DNA of 64,000 nt from Anthoceros angustus (Eukaryota; Plantae; Anthocerotophyta): assembly GCA_010909165.1 (NCBI GenBank), contig VJWM01000117.1:806001-870000 (forward strand), in the 5' to 3' direction. The notes below the pieces were generated by a model. The model saw nothing but the letters and a program-made list of their open reading frames with translations, did not search any database and was not told the DNA's origin. Positions within the stretch are counted from its first letter, which is position 1; the number at the start of each line of letters is the position of its first letter. Made by a program: the position numbers and the translations under genes. Positions 51,810 through 64,000 of the stretch are shown here, in pieces.

Positions 51810-52548
51810 GGAGTTGAACTTATGGAAGGGATCATCAGGAGTGAGTGTGTAGAGAACCTCACACCCAGTATCAATCAGTTCTAACAGTTTGATGAAGTGC
51901 CTTCTTGAGAATCAGAAAAGCTTTCCAGGGCAGATTTCCTCCGGCTTGGATGTTCCCGATTATCAATGGTTCTGGCCAGCGAGGCCTGAAGCCCATCTAC
52001 CCAGTGCCTTTGAGGAAGCCAGGGACCTCTTCAGGATGTTTTGCAAGAGTGGCGGACAAGTCTATCCCTCCGTGTAACAAGTGACCCTTTTATTGGAAGA
52101 AAACGTTACTCGCAGCAATCGCCTCAGTGCAGAAGCTACTATATGGTAACGAAAGCGTGGAAGCAGGCAATCGGAGCGGTTGCGCAATGACTGTAAGCAT
52201 GGAAGAAGACAGACCTGGAGGAGCGGTAGAGGGCGACGTGAAGCTCTTCTCCAGACCTTCAAAGTTTAAAACTGATGTTGTGGTGAACGATCCTAAGGAT
52301 CTCACAGCAGAAGCAGTTGTGGAGACGAAGCTTTCAGGGATGTCGAGAAAGGCACAAACTTTATCATAGCTTTGATGGAAGCCATCATTGAGGGCTCTCA
52401 AACGGAAGATGTGCTGAGCATTCTAGCAATCGTGATTGGCAAGATCACGAACATGGAGGGCGTGCACAAAACCGGAGCAGGATACGAGAAGAAATTCCTG
52501 TGTCCCGAGTTGCGGAGCACACTAACTAGAATGCTACACTGGTCTTAA
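51810..52548 (+). pseudogene. Roco COR-distal segment followed by a caspase-like domain (p20 start + p10), internally deleted
   Basis: GVELMEGIIRSECVENLTP..SAFEEARDL..QDVLQEWRTSL (Roco), then RSGCAMTVSMEEDRPGGAVEGDVKLF..DVVVNDPKDLTAEAVVET, then an open frame 52330-52548: AFRDVEKGTNFIIALMEAIIEGSQTEDVLSILAIVIGKITN..LCPELRSTLTRMLHWS*. Confidence 0.7.
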
Positions 52549-53009
52549 CCATTCCATGCTCCTCACATGCCTGGCCAGCGTAAGTAGGGTGCGGCCAGGG
52601 TCTACCGTAATTAACCAACCTGTAATGCCTTCAATCAAGTGTCAGATATCGTCTTCAGCGACACACTGTTGGTGCATCAAACTGCTTGTGATAGGGTCTT
52701 CTCACTTCTCCTTTTCTACGCATTCCTGTTTGGCAAAGAGAGACGTCTCACAGCGTCCTTGTTTGGATGAACAGATGATGGCTCATAAAGGCTATGGGTA
52801 GGGAGGGCAGAACGTGCGTGTTTGTACAGCTGCAGCGGTTGGTTTCAAGAAGCAAGTCCAGATTGGCGGTCTTCTGGTTCACTGATTTTACATCCTTTGT
52901 AGACCGCCAGGATGTATTTTTCATCTTCCCGACCAGGCAAAGCTGGGACAGGATGTCCTTCACTCAAATCGCGTCTGCAGCTCCTGCCTTCATGTCACAA
53001 ATGGCTTCT

Positions 53010-53190
53010 CTTCGACGTCTCAGCCCTGGACGGTTGTCGGTGCCTCGACAAGCATTAATGATAAAACATAAAACACCTTTGGCTTGTCTGCCGCAAAACT
53101 GTGTCCAGTGATGGACCCATCAGTGGAAACAGTTACATCTCTGGCAAACAAGCCAAAGGTGTTTGTCATTATTGCTTTCGAGATCGCTAT
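53010..53190. pseudogene. Caspase-like active-site fragment in fold-back arrangement (copy 1)
   Basis: Minus strand DKPKVF..IINACRGTD (NACRG at 53056-53042); plus strand TSLANKPKVFVIIAF at 53135-53180. Confidence 0.65.
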
Positions 53191-54244
53191 CTCCATCCAA
53201 TACCGGTGCGGCAGCTCGAACCCTGTATCTCTTGACAAGTACGGCTGATAAATTTCACCAACCACAAATCTATCCTGTCCAGGCAGAAGAGTATACATCA
53301 GGGAGGATACATGGGGGCTCAGTTTCAGGGGCTCTTAAGACACCAGATTACGGTGACACCAGATCACGGTCAGACTGGGTTGGAAATAGATCTGCTGTCT
53401 GTTTTGGTTTGTGCAGTGAGCAGTGAGCAGTGAGCAGTGAGCGTGGGAGTTGGCAAGTCCTCGAAGGGAGTTACAGCCAGACATGGGTTCATTGGAACTC
53501 CAAGTCCATTGTAACTTGAGTCCTTGACCGGAGCTATGCAATGGCATCATGTGGAAATGAAGAGATACAAGAGGAATTCCTAAGGCGTCCTACCGTGTCC
53601 AGTAGGCAATCCCGTCTTCGACAAGCCGAACGTGCGGAGGAAGAGATCTTATCTAGAGCAGGACCCTTTCCACTGGGAGCCCTTAGCGGACGCCAGTCAC
53701 AAATTTAGGGTTTATTTTACCACAAGTTGGACGACCGGACTGGCTTTCCTCTACTACTTAGGTGGAATCGTGGACGCTGGCAACGCTTTCCATGCCAGTG
53801 GGTCTCGGAGGAGGAGCTTTTCCCGGTCTTGTGGGTTTCCAAGTCTGGTCACCCTCGGCACTCGCGCTTTGTGCCCTTCCCTGCGTCCGGAGCTAGGATG
53901 GCATGTGGTTGGTTAGACTGGCCGCCGGGCTTTTTGGGGATGCTGGGTATGAGCTGCTGCGCTGTTTTGCAACACACCTAGGTGTGCTCGTCTTTCCTGC
54001 TCGTACAACTTGCAATTGCTAGCAAGCTTCAAGGAGTGTAGGACATAGTGTAATGCTCTTGAGACGTGTGCTTGAACATGCTGAAGAAGGGCAGCTGTAC
54101 GTAGAGTGAATGTTCCAGAGATGTAGAGAGCTTCCTCTTGACTGCAGCATTAGGGTTATCAGCCGTACTTGTGAAGAGATGCAGGGTTCGAGCTGCCGCA
54201 CATCGAGAAAGCGATCTCGAAAGAAATGATGACAAACACCTTTG

Positions 54245-54595
54245 TCGAAAGCAATGATGACAAACACCTTTGGCTTGTTTGCCAGAGATGTACATAACTG
54301 TTTCCACTGATGGGTCTATCACTGGACACAGTTTTGCGGCAGACAAGCCAAAGGTGTTTTGTTTTATCATTAATGCTTGTCGAGGCACCGACAACTGCCA
54401 AGGGCTAAGACGTCGAAGAAACGAAGCAATCTCGTCAGCAAGAGAGCTGGGAAGGTTCGACCCCTGCTTTCTGTGAGTGACTGTCTCGTCGTTTTCTCAA
54501 CCAGTCATGGGAGAAGTATGTTTCAGAGATGCCGAGAAAGGCACAAATTTATCCTCGCTTTGGTGGAAGCCATCGTTGAGGCCTCTCTAGTTGGC
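54245..54595 (+). pseudogene. Caspase-like fragment: catalytic Cys motif, linker and p10 start (copy 2)
   Basis: DKPKVFCFIINACRG (NACRG at 54372-54386), ~30-codon linker, SDCLVVFSTSHG(E)VCFRDAEKGT.FILALVEAIVE with two compensating frameshifts; homologous to 52330-52395. Confidence 0.72.
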
Positions 54596-55379
54596 AGATT
54601 GTGGAGGACAGCGGCTCCAAGCTGATGTGTTTTGTAGCTGGCAGTTTGATTAGCACGTATGGGAAGTCCAGCAGCACGGTTGATGCACAGCCGGTGTTTG
54701 ACACTGTCATCGGAAAGCACTGATCGCAGGCTGCACCTGTGAAGCGCACAAAAAGGGTGGTTTTTCAGGTGTTAGCTCGTGGAGGGTAGGAAGGAAAGAA
54801 CGTGTGAGTGGCAGGGCTGTAGGTGCTTGAGCTGCTCGAAGCAAGTCCAGATTTTCGGTCCTCTGCTTGAATGATTTCTAGATCTTTTGCACACTGTCAG
54901 GATGTGTGTGTTCCATCTTCCCGACCGGGCAAAGCTGGGAAAGGATGTCATCACTGAATGGCGTCTGAGGCCCTGCAGGATACACTAGACAACGCGGAAA
55001 ATCGCTCACGGCCATCTCCGATATCCAACTAACTGAGATTTTGCTTTCTTCGAAGGTGAGGAAGGGAAGGTGTGTTTCTATCCTTTCTATCCAGGGTGAT
55101 TTGGTTGTGGAGAGCGTCAGCAAATGCATAAAATTGTCAAGCTCGAAGGGGCTGCAGCCTACACAGACAAGTGCATTTCCCTTGACACTTGAGCCTCCCT
55201 TGACACTTGAGCCACGTGCGCTTAGATCGGTACTTAGATGGGGTGCCTGAAGGGAGTGGATGCCCTTGGTGCAAATAGCTTAGGCACACCAAGGTACAAG
55301 TTGTTAAGTACCATGACGGAAATCCAGTCTTTGGTGGAGTTAAATACAATTCTTCTTCTTCTTCCTGTGGGTCCTCTTG

Positions 55380-55635
55380 CTCACGGGACAGAGCAGAGCC
55401 GCGGACTCGCCTTCCTGCGCCACGAAGAACTGTTGCTGTAGCGGGATTGCAGCTCCACGAAGAATTGGCGAGGCAGGAGGGAGTTCACAGCAGGTCCCAC
55501 GTTGAAGTCGATGATGTGCGGCGACGTCAGGTCCTGGATCACCACGATGGTGCGCTGTCTGACTCCACAGGCTCCGCAGCGCCCCTGATGTGGCTGCAGG
55601 CTCGGTTGTCGTCACCACCCGCTGCGATGCTCCAG
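55380..55635 (-). pseudogene. TPM-domain (thylakoid lumen TL15/Psb32-like) gene fragment
   Basis: RVVT..GALRSLWS..RTIVVIQDLTSPHIIDFNVGPAVNSLLPRQFFVELQSRYSN.FFVAQEGESAALL with frameshifts; recognised from remembered family pattern only. Confidence 0.5.
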
Positions 55636-56024
55636 CTGCTTCCAGGCAGTCTGTTAAATAATACCTTGCGAGCATCGTCCAGACTGTCACACTTCCGAAA
55701 GCGTGGCTTTTGCAGAAAATAAATTGTGAGAGCAACAGCAGCACCAACTTGCTCAATAGATTGCCGAACCCCACTGTGTAGAAACCATTAACCTGGTCAA
55801 ATATAGCAAGAGCATCTCCCTTGACACTTCAGCCACGTGTGCCATTGTGCAGCTGAAGGATTTTCTCACCTGGTCGACACATCCATGGCCTTCTGGAAAG
55901 GTGCAGGATTACCCGCAGATATTAACTTGACTATCGTCTGTGAATGCAGCGAAACGAGAGGTGCTCACATGAGCCATCAGAAGGTTGATTACTTAGCTTC
56001 ACCCAACCTCAACTTTTAAGTTTC

Positions 56025-56343
56025 CGTCTGTCCATGGGAAGTTTCTGCGTGGGGCCTATCTGGGCTGAAGGCCGCGGGATGTGGTGTGGCCTGGAGGAGC
56101 TCAGCACCTGGCTGGCTCATTCCATTCTAGCACTTCGCTGCAGAGCAGAGCATGGCGGAAGAGCATGAGGCGGAGGATTGGCGCGCGCTGCCGGTTAAGC
56201 TGCAGCAGCTGCTGCTAGATCTGGGCCGGAATGCCGTGTCCCATCTACCCTTCCAGCTGATTGGAAGGGTAGATGGCGGCTACTGGCTGCAAAATGAAGA
56301 GTATGGCGGCTACTTCACTAGGCGAATCCGTGGTGATGAGGGA
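56025..56343 (+). pseudogene. Direct duplicate of the Roco 5' region and N-terminus
   Basis: Near-identical to 56898-57200 (MAEEHEAEDWRALPVKLQQLL), then diverges into unrelated sequence. Confidence 0.85.
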
Positions 56344-57037
56344 GGCGTCCAGATTGTCACACTTCCGACGCATGGCCACCAGACAGGAGCCGATAAACTA
56401 ATCATCATTCTCGGATATAGTTATGAACCATCGATGTCAAGGACGTCCATATTCAGCAACAACAACAGCAGCAACTTTGTGCAAGTCCACTGGAAATCTA
56501 CTGCAAAGGGTCCCTCCGACTGAATTTGGGAGAAAACAGTACTCATACCCTGCCATTCACTTGTGGAGAAACAGCATGGGTTATATCCGCAATATCATTG
56601 CACTTCCCTTCCCCATACGCCGACTTTGGAGAGCGTGTTGTTCCCTTTCACAGGCTGCCAGACCCTGATGAGCTTAGATTCATGAAAGATCATGTTATCG
56701 AAAATTACAAGTAAAGGGTTTCTAGGCTGGATCCAGTTTCCATGGACACCCAACCCAACCCAACCCAGCCCATCATTCATCACAGGGACCGTGCACGGAG
56801 CCGTTTCCCGTTCCGTTCCGGTGTCCCGATGATCTCATGACCGGACAAATTCCATTCCATTTACTTATTTTAGCATGTTTAAGTTTGGCCAGTTTCGCCG
56901 TCCATGTGGGAAGTTTCGCTGCGTGGGGCCTGCCTGCCTGCCAGGGCTGAAGGCCGCGGGATGTGGTGTGGCCTGGAGGAGCTCAGCACCTGGCTGGCCC
57001 TCATTCCATTCTAGCACTTCGCATAGCAGAGCAGAGC

Positions 57038-60000
57038 ATGGCGGAAGAGCATGAGGCGGAGGATTGGCGCGCGCTGCCGGTTAAGCTGCAGCAGCTGCTG
57101 CGAGATCTGGGCCGGAATGCCTTGTCCCGTCTACCCTGGTCGCTGCATCATGAAGAGTATGGCCGCTACTTCAGTGGGCAAATCCGTGGTGATGAGGGAA
57201 GGCACTGGCGAGTGCGCAAGCGGGTGTTGACAGCCATTGCCAACTGCCGCAGGCTCGCGTCCATCGTGATTGACCACAGGTGGGCCATCGGCTTGGATCG
57301 GGAGGATGAAGTGTCGGTTCTGTTGGGGGGCCTGGCGTCCAACCCTTCCTGGATTCTGATGGCTGTGAAGGTTTTGGAAGGCAGGCGGCTTGCGAGGCTC
57401 TGGGCCAGCTTGTTGCATCCAGTCGCAGCTTACGAACACTTCAGCACCGAAGTTGGGCTTGATGCCGCGGACTGGGTGCCCTGGCCAAAGGCTTCAACAA
57501 GGATTCTGTCCTGGAGTTTGGTCTTAGACGGGAACGAGGTGGGAGGTGCTGAAGGGGCACAGCACCTGGCCCGCATTCTGGCCACGGCTCCCCGTCTCAA
57601 GGATCTGTCACTGAAAGACATCGGCATGGATGTGGCGGGAGCCCAGTGTATTGCAAATGCTCTTCCGCTCTGTGCCACGCTCCGGTATCTGGCGTTGGAT
57701 GATGGCGTTGCATTGCGGGGTCCCATTCCCGGCGGCCTCGGGCCCATGGGCACTGTGCTCAAACTTGCTTTCACCCGCGCGGATGAGGATGAGAATGCCT
57801 CCATCTCTGGCGTCACAGCTTCTTTGGATATCTCGAAGGATGGGGAGGCAGGCCTGGCAGACGCCCTGGCCGGAATGCTGCGCACCAACGATCGTATCGA
57901 GAGCTTGTCACACCACTCCATATGCTCTCATCCACGGCCTGGACGGGTTACGCCACAACTCCACCATATCTGAACTTCGTCTCCGGGACTCAGGCCATCA
58001 GCTGCGACGGATGTGTGGATGCGCCTTGTCCAGTTGCTCCCGGAATGCAAAGCACTGCGTGTCCTGGACTTGATCGCTGGGCCACGCCTCGTTCAAGAAA
58101 GAGTTGCTGAGATCCTTGGAGGGCAACGCATCTCTGAAAAGCTCGACATTTCTTCTGGGACGCCCTGGATCATGACATGTTTAGAGACTTGATGAACTGT
58201 ATTCAAGTCAACAAGACGTTACGGAGATCAACATCAGGGACAACATGGGAAGCGGAAGGAAAGGACGCAATCATCAATGCAGCCTTGGCAGGCAATGCCA
58301 CTCAAGAGGCTTACTGGCCTTTGCTCGTGGGCAGGCAAGGGCCTGTGATGCCCAAGGCTGGGCGCCTCTTCCTGTGCGGTGCCCTTTGGCAGGAAGACCA
58401 CTCTCCGCACCACCATGATTCGCGCATGGAGACGACACAGCCGCATCACTCAAGTTCCAGCTCAGCCAAGTTCCAGCTCGACTGAAGGGAAAAATATTTC
58501 GTGCTTGGCGACGGATGGCTTCCGTCACCGGTACCAGAACGGAAGGCATAGAAATCGAGGTGTTGCGCAACGACCATGATATGCAAGTTACCATGTGGGA
58601 TCTGGCTGGACAAGCTCACTACCGAGCTCTGCAAGACTACCTTTTCCGACCTTCAACCAAGCATGTGTCTTCCTGTTTGCGTTCAGCCCATTTGATGATC
58701 GGAAACGGAAACCTCCCCAACTGCATCCGCCTAATCTGCGTGATAACCTGCAGGACAGGTTCAGAAGGAGCTTGGCGTACTGGCTTAGGTTCATCAACTC
58801 CAATTGTCGCAACGTGGGCTCTACTTTGCCTCAAATATTTGTGGTGGCAACTCATGTGGATAAGATGAAGCGTTCTGATGCTCAAGCTCTACCGGATCTC
58901 CTACAACCCGTTCTGACACAGTTGGCCACCGAGTTTCAGCAGGTTGTTCACGTGCAAACAACACCACTCTTCTCCATGGACGCTCGATCTGCCAAGAGTG
59001 TGAAGCCCTTGCTGGACGCACTCATGGAATCGTTTCGAGCTCTATTTGCAACTAGACTGTTTTGGGTACCCGAGGTATGCAACCGATTGAGTGCTGATTT
59101 GACTGCCTGGGTATCCCAACATCCAGCTCAACCGATGGTGAGGAAACACCAACTTCAAACTTTGTTCCAAACCGAGCTGAAGAGTCTCCACGAAGGTGGG
59201 GTTCAAGCTGAGGGGGAACGATTGGAAGCCATTCTTGCCTATTTGCATGATGTGGGCAGTATCATCTGTTTTCAAGATACAGATGTTGTGGTGATAAATC
59301 CACACTGGATCAGTCACAATTTTTTAGGGCGACTCATTCACCTTCTAACCAGCATGTCTCCTAGAGGTTTGTCGCATTCCTCAGATGGATTTGTTGCTCA
59401 AAGTCTGCTTCATTCCACCTTGGATGAGATTCTCAGAGGCACACAAACGGAGGGGATTGAAAGGCAACATCTGGTATCATTGATGACCACTCTCAACTTA
59501 TGCTATGAAGAGGATGGGACTCGAGGTGTCGGATTCTTTGTTCCGTTCACCTTGGACGACGGTAAAGGTGACGCTCTTCCTGGTAGACGAAAGTTGAACT
59601 GGGAAACTGCTGATACAGCAAGCAATTACAACTACCTCGGAAGGAGGTTACAGTGCCTTGACAAGACGAAGACGTTTCTTGGTCCAGGCTTTTTCCTAGA
59701 TTCCAAGTACGATAACTACCAACATGTCTTTGTTTTGATGGTGTGTGTCTTCAACCTGTTTACTGACATTGTGGAGGTTTGCGTATTGCAGGTCTGCCTT
59801 CGAAAGGATTTGTTAACCGGATTCCATGGCATGCAACCTCATCAATATCGTATTGAACGCAACCTCATCAACTTTTGTGTGATGGTATGGTTGTGTTTTG
59901 GAAAGCAGTGGGGATATCGGAGAGGACACCGGAGACATCGGTGACCATATTGATATTCTGGTGAGGTCATCCAAGAGCAAAGATGAAACTATCGAGTTTC

Positions 60001-61304
60001 TCAAGGAACATGTGATTGCAAAGTTGAAATCTTTTGTGCTTCCCTGAAGGCAGTCCGGGAGTCGAGCTTGTGGAAGGAATTATCAGGACCGAGTGTGTCG
60101 AAAACCTCACACTCTGTATCTACCGGCATAACCAGTCAGTGCTAACGCAGGATTTGCTCAAGTGTGTTTTGCAGACCAACAAGACTGTACAGGGAGATTT
60201 TCTCCTCAATGGATCTGGCCGACTTCAAATGGTGGTGGCCAGAATGTCCTGAAGCCTCTTTGAGAGTGCCTTTGAGGGAGCTGATGAGCTCTTAAGTACT
60301 GGTGAAGTCTTGGATGTCTTGCAAAGGCGACGAACAGGTCTCCTTCAAACCATATCCAACATAGATGCAGCTGTAGAGGAAGTCCTGCCTACAGAGAAGG
60401 GTGCTCGCACAACAAGACGCACCAGTTCAAACGTCTCGGTTTGTCAGCATCCGACGTACTATATCCCTCCCTGGAACAACTCACTCGGAGATGGGGAGCA
60501 ACTGTTGCAAACCATCAATCAAGGGATAAGAGATTTGAAGCACACCGTGAAAATGGTGGAGACAGAGGTGAAAGCAGTGGGTGTCAAAGTGGATAGAATT
60601 GGCAAGACTTTGCAACTTATCCAACATGAGATGAGCGCTATCAAGACTAGGCAGGAAGCTACTGAACAATTCTTGCTTGCTAAGATGGATGAGATTATGA
60701 ATTTCTCTGCAGAATTAGAACGCAGTCAGATACCCAGACGTCCCTACATCACCACTGCAGACGTGGGTTTAGCACAGAGATTGATTGCAGGGGTGCGTGT
60801 GGGCAAAGCGGCTAAGCTGCACTTCATGTGCGAAAACATCTTTGGGAATCACATCGTGGAGGGCCAAACTGGATTTGACTTGACATTGGAGGATGCGAAG
60901 TGGAAGTGGATCAGGCCCTTAGCAATCAACGGTATCAAGGTTTTGGTTTTCCTGGCTGGCCTACATGTGGCTGCCGGCATTGGGAATGCGGTTCCCGACC
61001 CTTCACCAGCTTGGATGGAGCGCTGTATCTCACTGCGGCCTCTCTGGACGCAGCCTGTCCCATTTAAATCTGGACCTGACAGGTCCATCGCTGGAGCCAG
61101 AACATTCCCGTGCAAGAGGCATGGATTGCTCTGAAGAATCTGTTGCAGCCGTTGCTGAGGGATCAAATGGCTGACAAATTCCAACTGCACAAGGTGCAAT
61201 ATCGGAAACGGCAGGATGGAGGACGAGGAGTGGCATGGGTTTGCGAACGGTGTATGCGGAGGGAATTAGACAAGTCTATCAGCCGCTCTGACGGGAGCAA
61301 CTAG
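57038..61304 (+). pseudogene. TORNADO1-like LRR-Roc-COR (Roco) gene, near full length with many frameshifts (pseudogene or poor consensus)
   Basis: RNI-type LRRs (LVLDGNEVG..GAQHLARIL, LKDLSLKDIGMDVAGAQCIANAL); Roc G1 LFLCGA.LAGKTT, G2 TEGIE, G3 WDLAGQ, G4 VATHVD; COR YLHDVGSII..INPHWIS; intron ~59707-59791; coiled coil; TRN1-like KLHFMCE..HIVEGQTG and VAWVCERC tail. Confidence 0.85.
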
Positions 61305-61779
61305 AACGTCGTGTGTTGCAGCCTAACTTTGGCATTTGCAGGATGACTCTAGGAGCCATCTGCATCATGTGATTGGATAATGGTAGGTAGACAGGCATTA
61401 GACTGTAGAGCCTAATCCTGCTGTATCTTACATCACTCTTTGCGAAATCCCACCTTTGTCGAATTCGTCCCTTTTGGTTGTTCAAGCCTCTGACTCTTCC
61501 AGAACTGTGGAGGGCCCTGGTTGGTGAAGGAGGGATCCTCCAGAGTGAGCATGCATCAGTGGCCAGGAATGACATCGTGCCCTGCACCTTGGAGTAATGA
61601 CTAACACAAATTTGATCTGTGCATCTGTAGATTTTAGGTACCAACGTCTTGGGAAGAACAGCCAACCTGAGCTGGGACAAGCTGCCAAGACTTGGAAATG
61701 GCGAAACTTTCTGGTGCAGGTCCTTACTCCTTCAGGTAGTCGGTCTTACAGGCAGCAATTGTTCACTACTCATGGTAAG

Positions 61780-62720
61780 ACTTGCCTTGCCAAGGTTTGC
61801 AAGTTACTGATGCCATCGTGTGTCCGGAACGCACTTGGTGAAAATACAGGTGTCACATGTACTGCCAGGATAGCAGGATATGCCCAGCAGGGGCATGGGC
61901 CCACGAACCCTTGGTCTCTATGGTGCGATAAAGGTTAGGCATGGATGTTCGCGCCTCCTGCAAAGGAGGACACCATATATCTGGAGACGGCGATGCAACC
62001 TATGTGCAGACTAGAGAGCAAGCAACGTGTTTGTGGCCAGCACTGGTAACGGAGATGGTATGCTAGAGACATTATGTAGCACTGTTTGCAGCAAACCTAT
62101 GAGCTCGTCACACGGCGTGTTCTCGATTGCGTTTCTCAGCCAGTTGTGGGATATGGAGCTATTGCATTATAGATAGTTCCGGTACCGGTGACATGTTTCG
62201 TGCTTCAGGCCTCGTAGATCGTTTGAATTGATAAATTGTCAAATGTGCAGAGAAACGACATACCTGCAAGTTCACAGGTTTTGAAATTGGGGTGCTAGCA
62301 AGCTGGAGGTTATACTCATGGTGGACCTCCTGCTCCTGCAATTGGGATTTTGCAGCTGGACTCTGGAGGCCTTCTTTCCCAGGCTTTAGAAAATCCTGCT
62401 GTCAGGAGAGATCATGGTTCTCCACAATCTCTGGCAGTTCACTCAAGTTTGCTTTAGACATGTCCAAAGGGTAACCAATACACATGCACGGACTTGTGAA
62501 AGCAGTGCGTCCAAGGTGAGATACCGATTGCAAATCACCTCTTCAATGTCCACTGGCTCACTCGGCTAGCAAGAGACATTGCCTGAAGAGACATCCGTCA
62601 TCTGGATGCACCAGGCTACACCCGCCATGAAGGAGACAGTAAAGTGGACTTTGAGTTGGTCCAGAGAATGAAACAGGATGGCTTGCAACCAGCCGGTATC
62701 GCATTCCTTAGTGTACTGAC
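61780..62720 (+). pseudogene. Highly degraded PPR fragments
   Basis: VTCTARIAGYAQQGHG (~61850-61900) and ELVQRMKQDGLQPAGIAFLSVL (~62653-62718). Confidence 0.45.
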
Positions 62721-63077
62721 TGAGGCGGATGCTAGGATGGCGGCAGGAGTTAGGATGGCGGCAGGTGCACGGCCGGATTTTTGATCAAGGAAGGACGATT
62801 TCTCTGCCTAAGTCTGTTTCCTTCAGGAGTCCTGCGGGTGCCCCAGGGAAACTGTCGTGACCTGGCGGGACCCTGTCTACTCAGTTTACAGGGTCCAGCC
62901 CTGAAACTGATCCCTGATGTATCCACTTCTGGCTGGGTAGGATAGATTTTTGGTTTGTGAATGTTCTAGTGATGTCGTGAGCTTCCTCTGGACTGCAGAA
63001 TTAGGATCAGCAGCTGTACGTGTCATGAGATGGCAGGGTTTGAGCTGCTGCACGGTACTGTACGAAGAAAGTGATCC

Positions 63078-63222
63078 CGAAAACATTACTGACAAACACC
63101 TTTGGCTTGTTCGCAGATACGTAACTACATTCACTGACGGAGGCATCACTGAATACAGTAATCTGCAAACAAGCCGAAGGTGGTTTATCATTAATGCTTG
63201 TCGAGGTGACCTTGTCACAAGT
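63078..63222 (+). pseudogene. Caspase-like active-site fragment in fold-back arrangement (copy 3)
   Basis: NL(A)NKPKV.FIINACRGD with compensating 1-nt indels (NACRG at 63193-63207); the opposite arm reads SANKPKVFV on the minus strand. Confidence 0.65.
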
Positions 63223-63225
63223 GGG

Positions 63226-64000
<775 letters not shown>

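Noticed and set aside
54477-54512. SDCLVVFSTSHG as the caspase catalytic His motif
   Set aside because: It lies downstream of NACRG and precedes FRD..GT.FI, so it matches the p10 D-L-ST-G motif; the catalytic His strand is not visible in the window.

Overview
Eukaryotic plant nuclear DNA, most likely a hornwort or another seed-free land plant. This is inferred from short (~80-130 bp) GT-AG introns, Arabidopsis-type TTTAGGG repeats, PLS-class PPR genes and a DYW:KP-type editing factor. Left part (1-21.3 kb): apparently intact genes, namely mTERF (5'-partial), a PLS-E+ PPR, spliced DNA ligase 1, a spliced cyanobacterial-type lptB ABC ATPase and a PPR-DYW:KP (candidate U-to-C editing) gene, with a satellite block at 12.3-17 kb. 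Middle (21.4-41.6 kb): repeat-rich, with an interstitial telomeric array, 3' ends of RLE/CRE-like non-LTR elements, a LINE 3' end with a ~410-bp (GTT)n tail, a ~10.7-kb Ty3/gypsy element with both LTRs nested in an unknown ORF, and a GC-rich 31-bp minisatellite. Right part (42.5-64 kb): a mosaic of broken gene copies (DYW:KP, serine carboxypeptidase, several TORNADO1-like LRR-Roc-COR Roco genes, TPM-domain, PPR, MAP2). Most notable observation: remnants of an animal-type caspase-like domain (KPKVFIINACRG plus a recognisable p10 subunit), one of them directly behind a Roco COR-distal segment, suggesting a Roco-caspase fusion family. Fold-back hairpins are built from the caspase active-site and Roco P-loop coding sequences. 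All protein assignments are by motif recognition, not database search. Many frameshifts may be long-read consensus errors.
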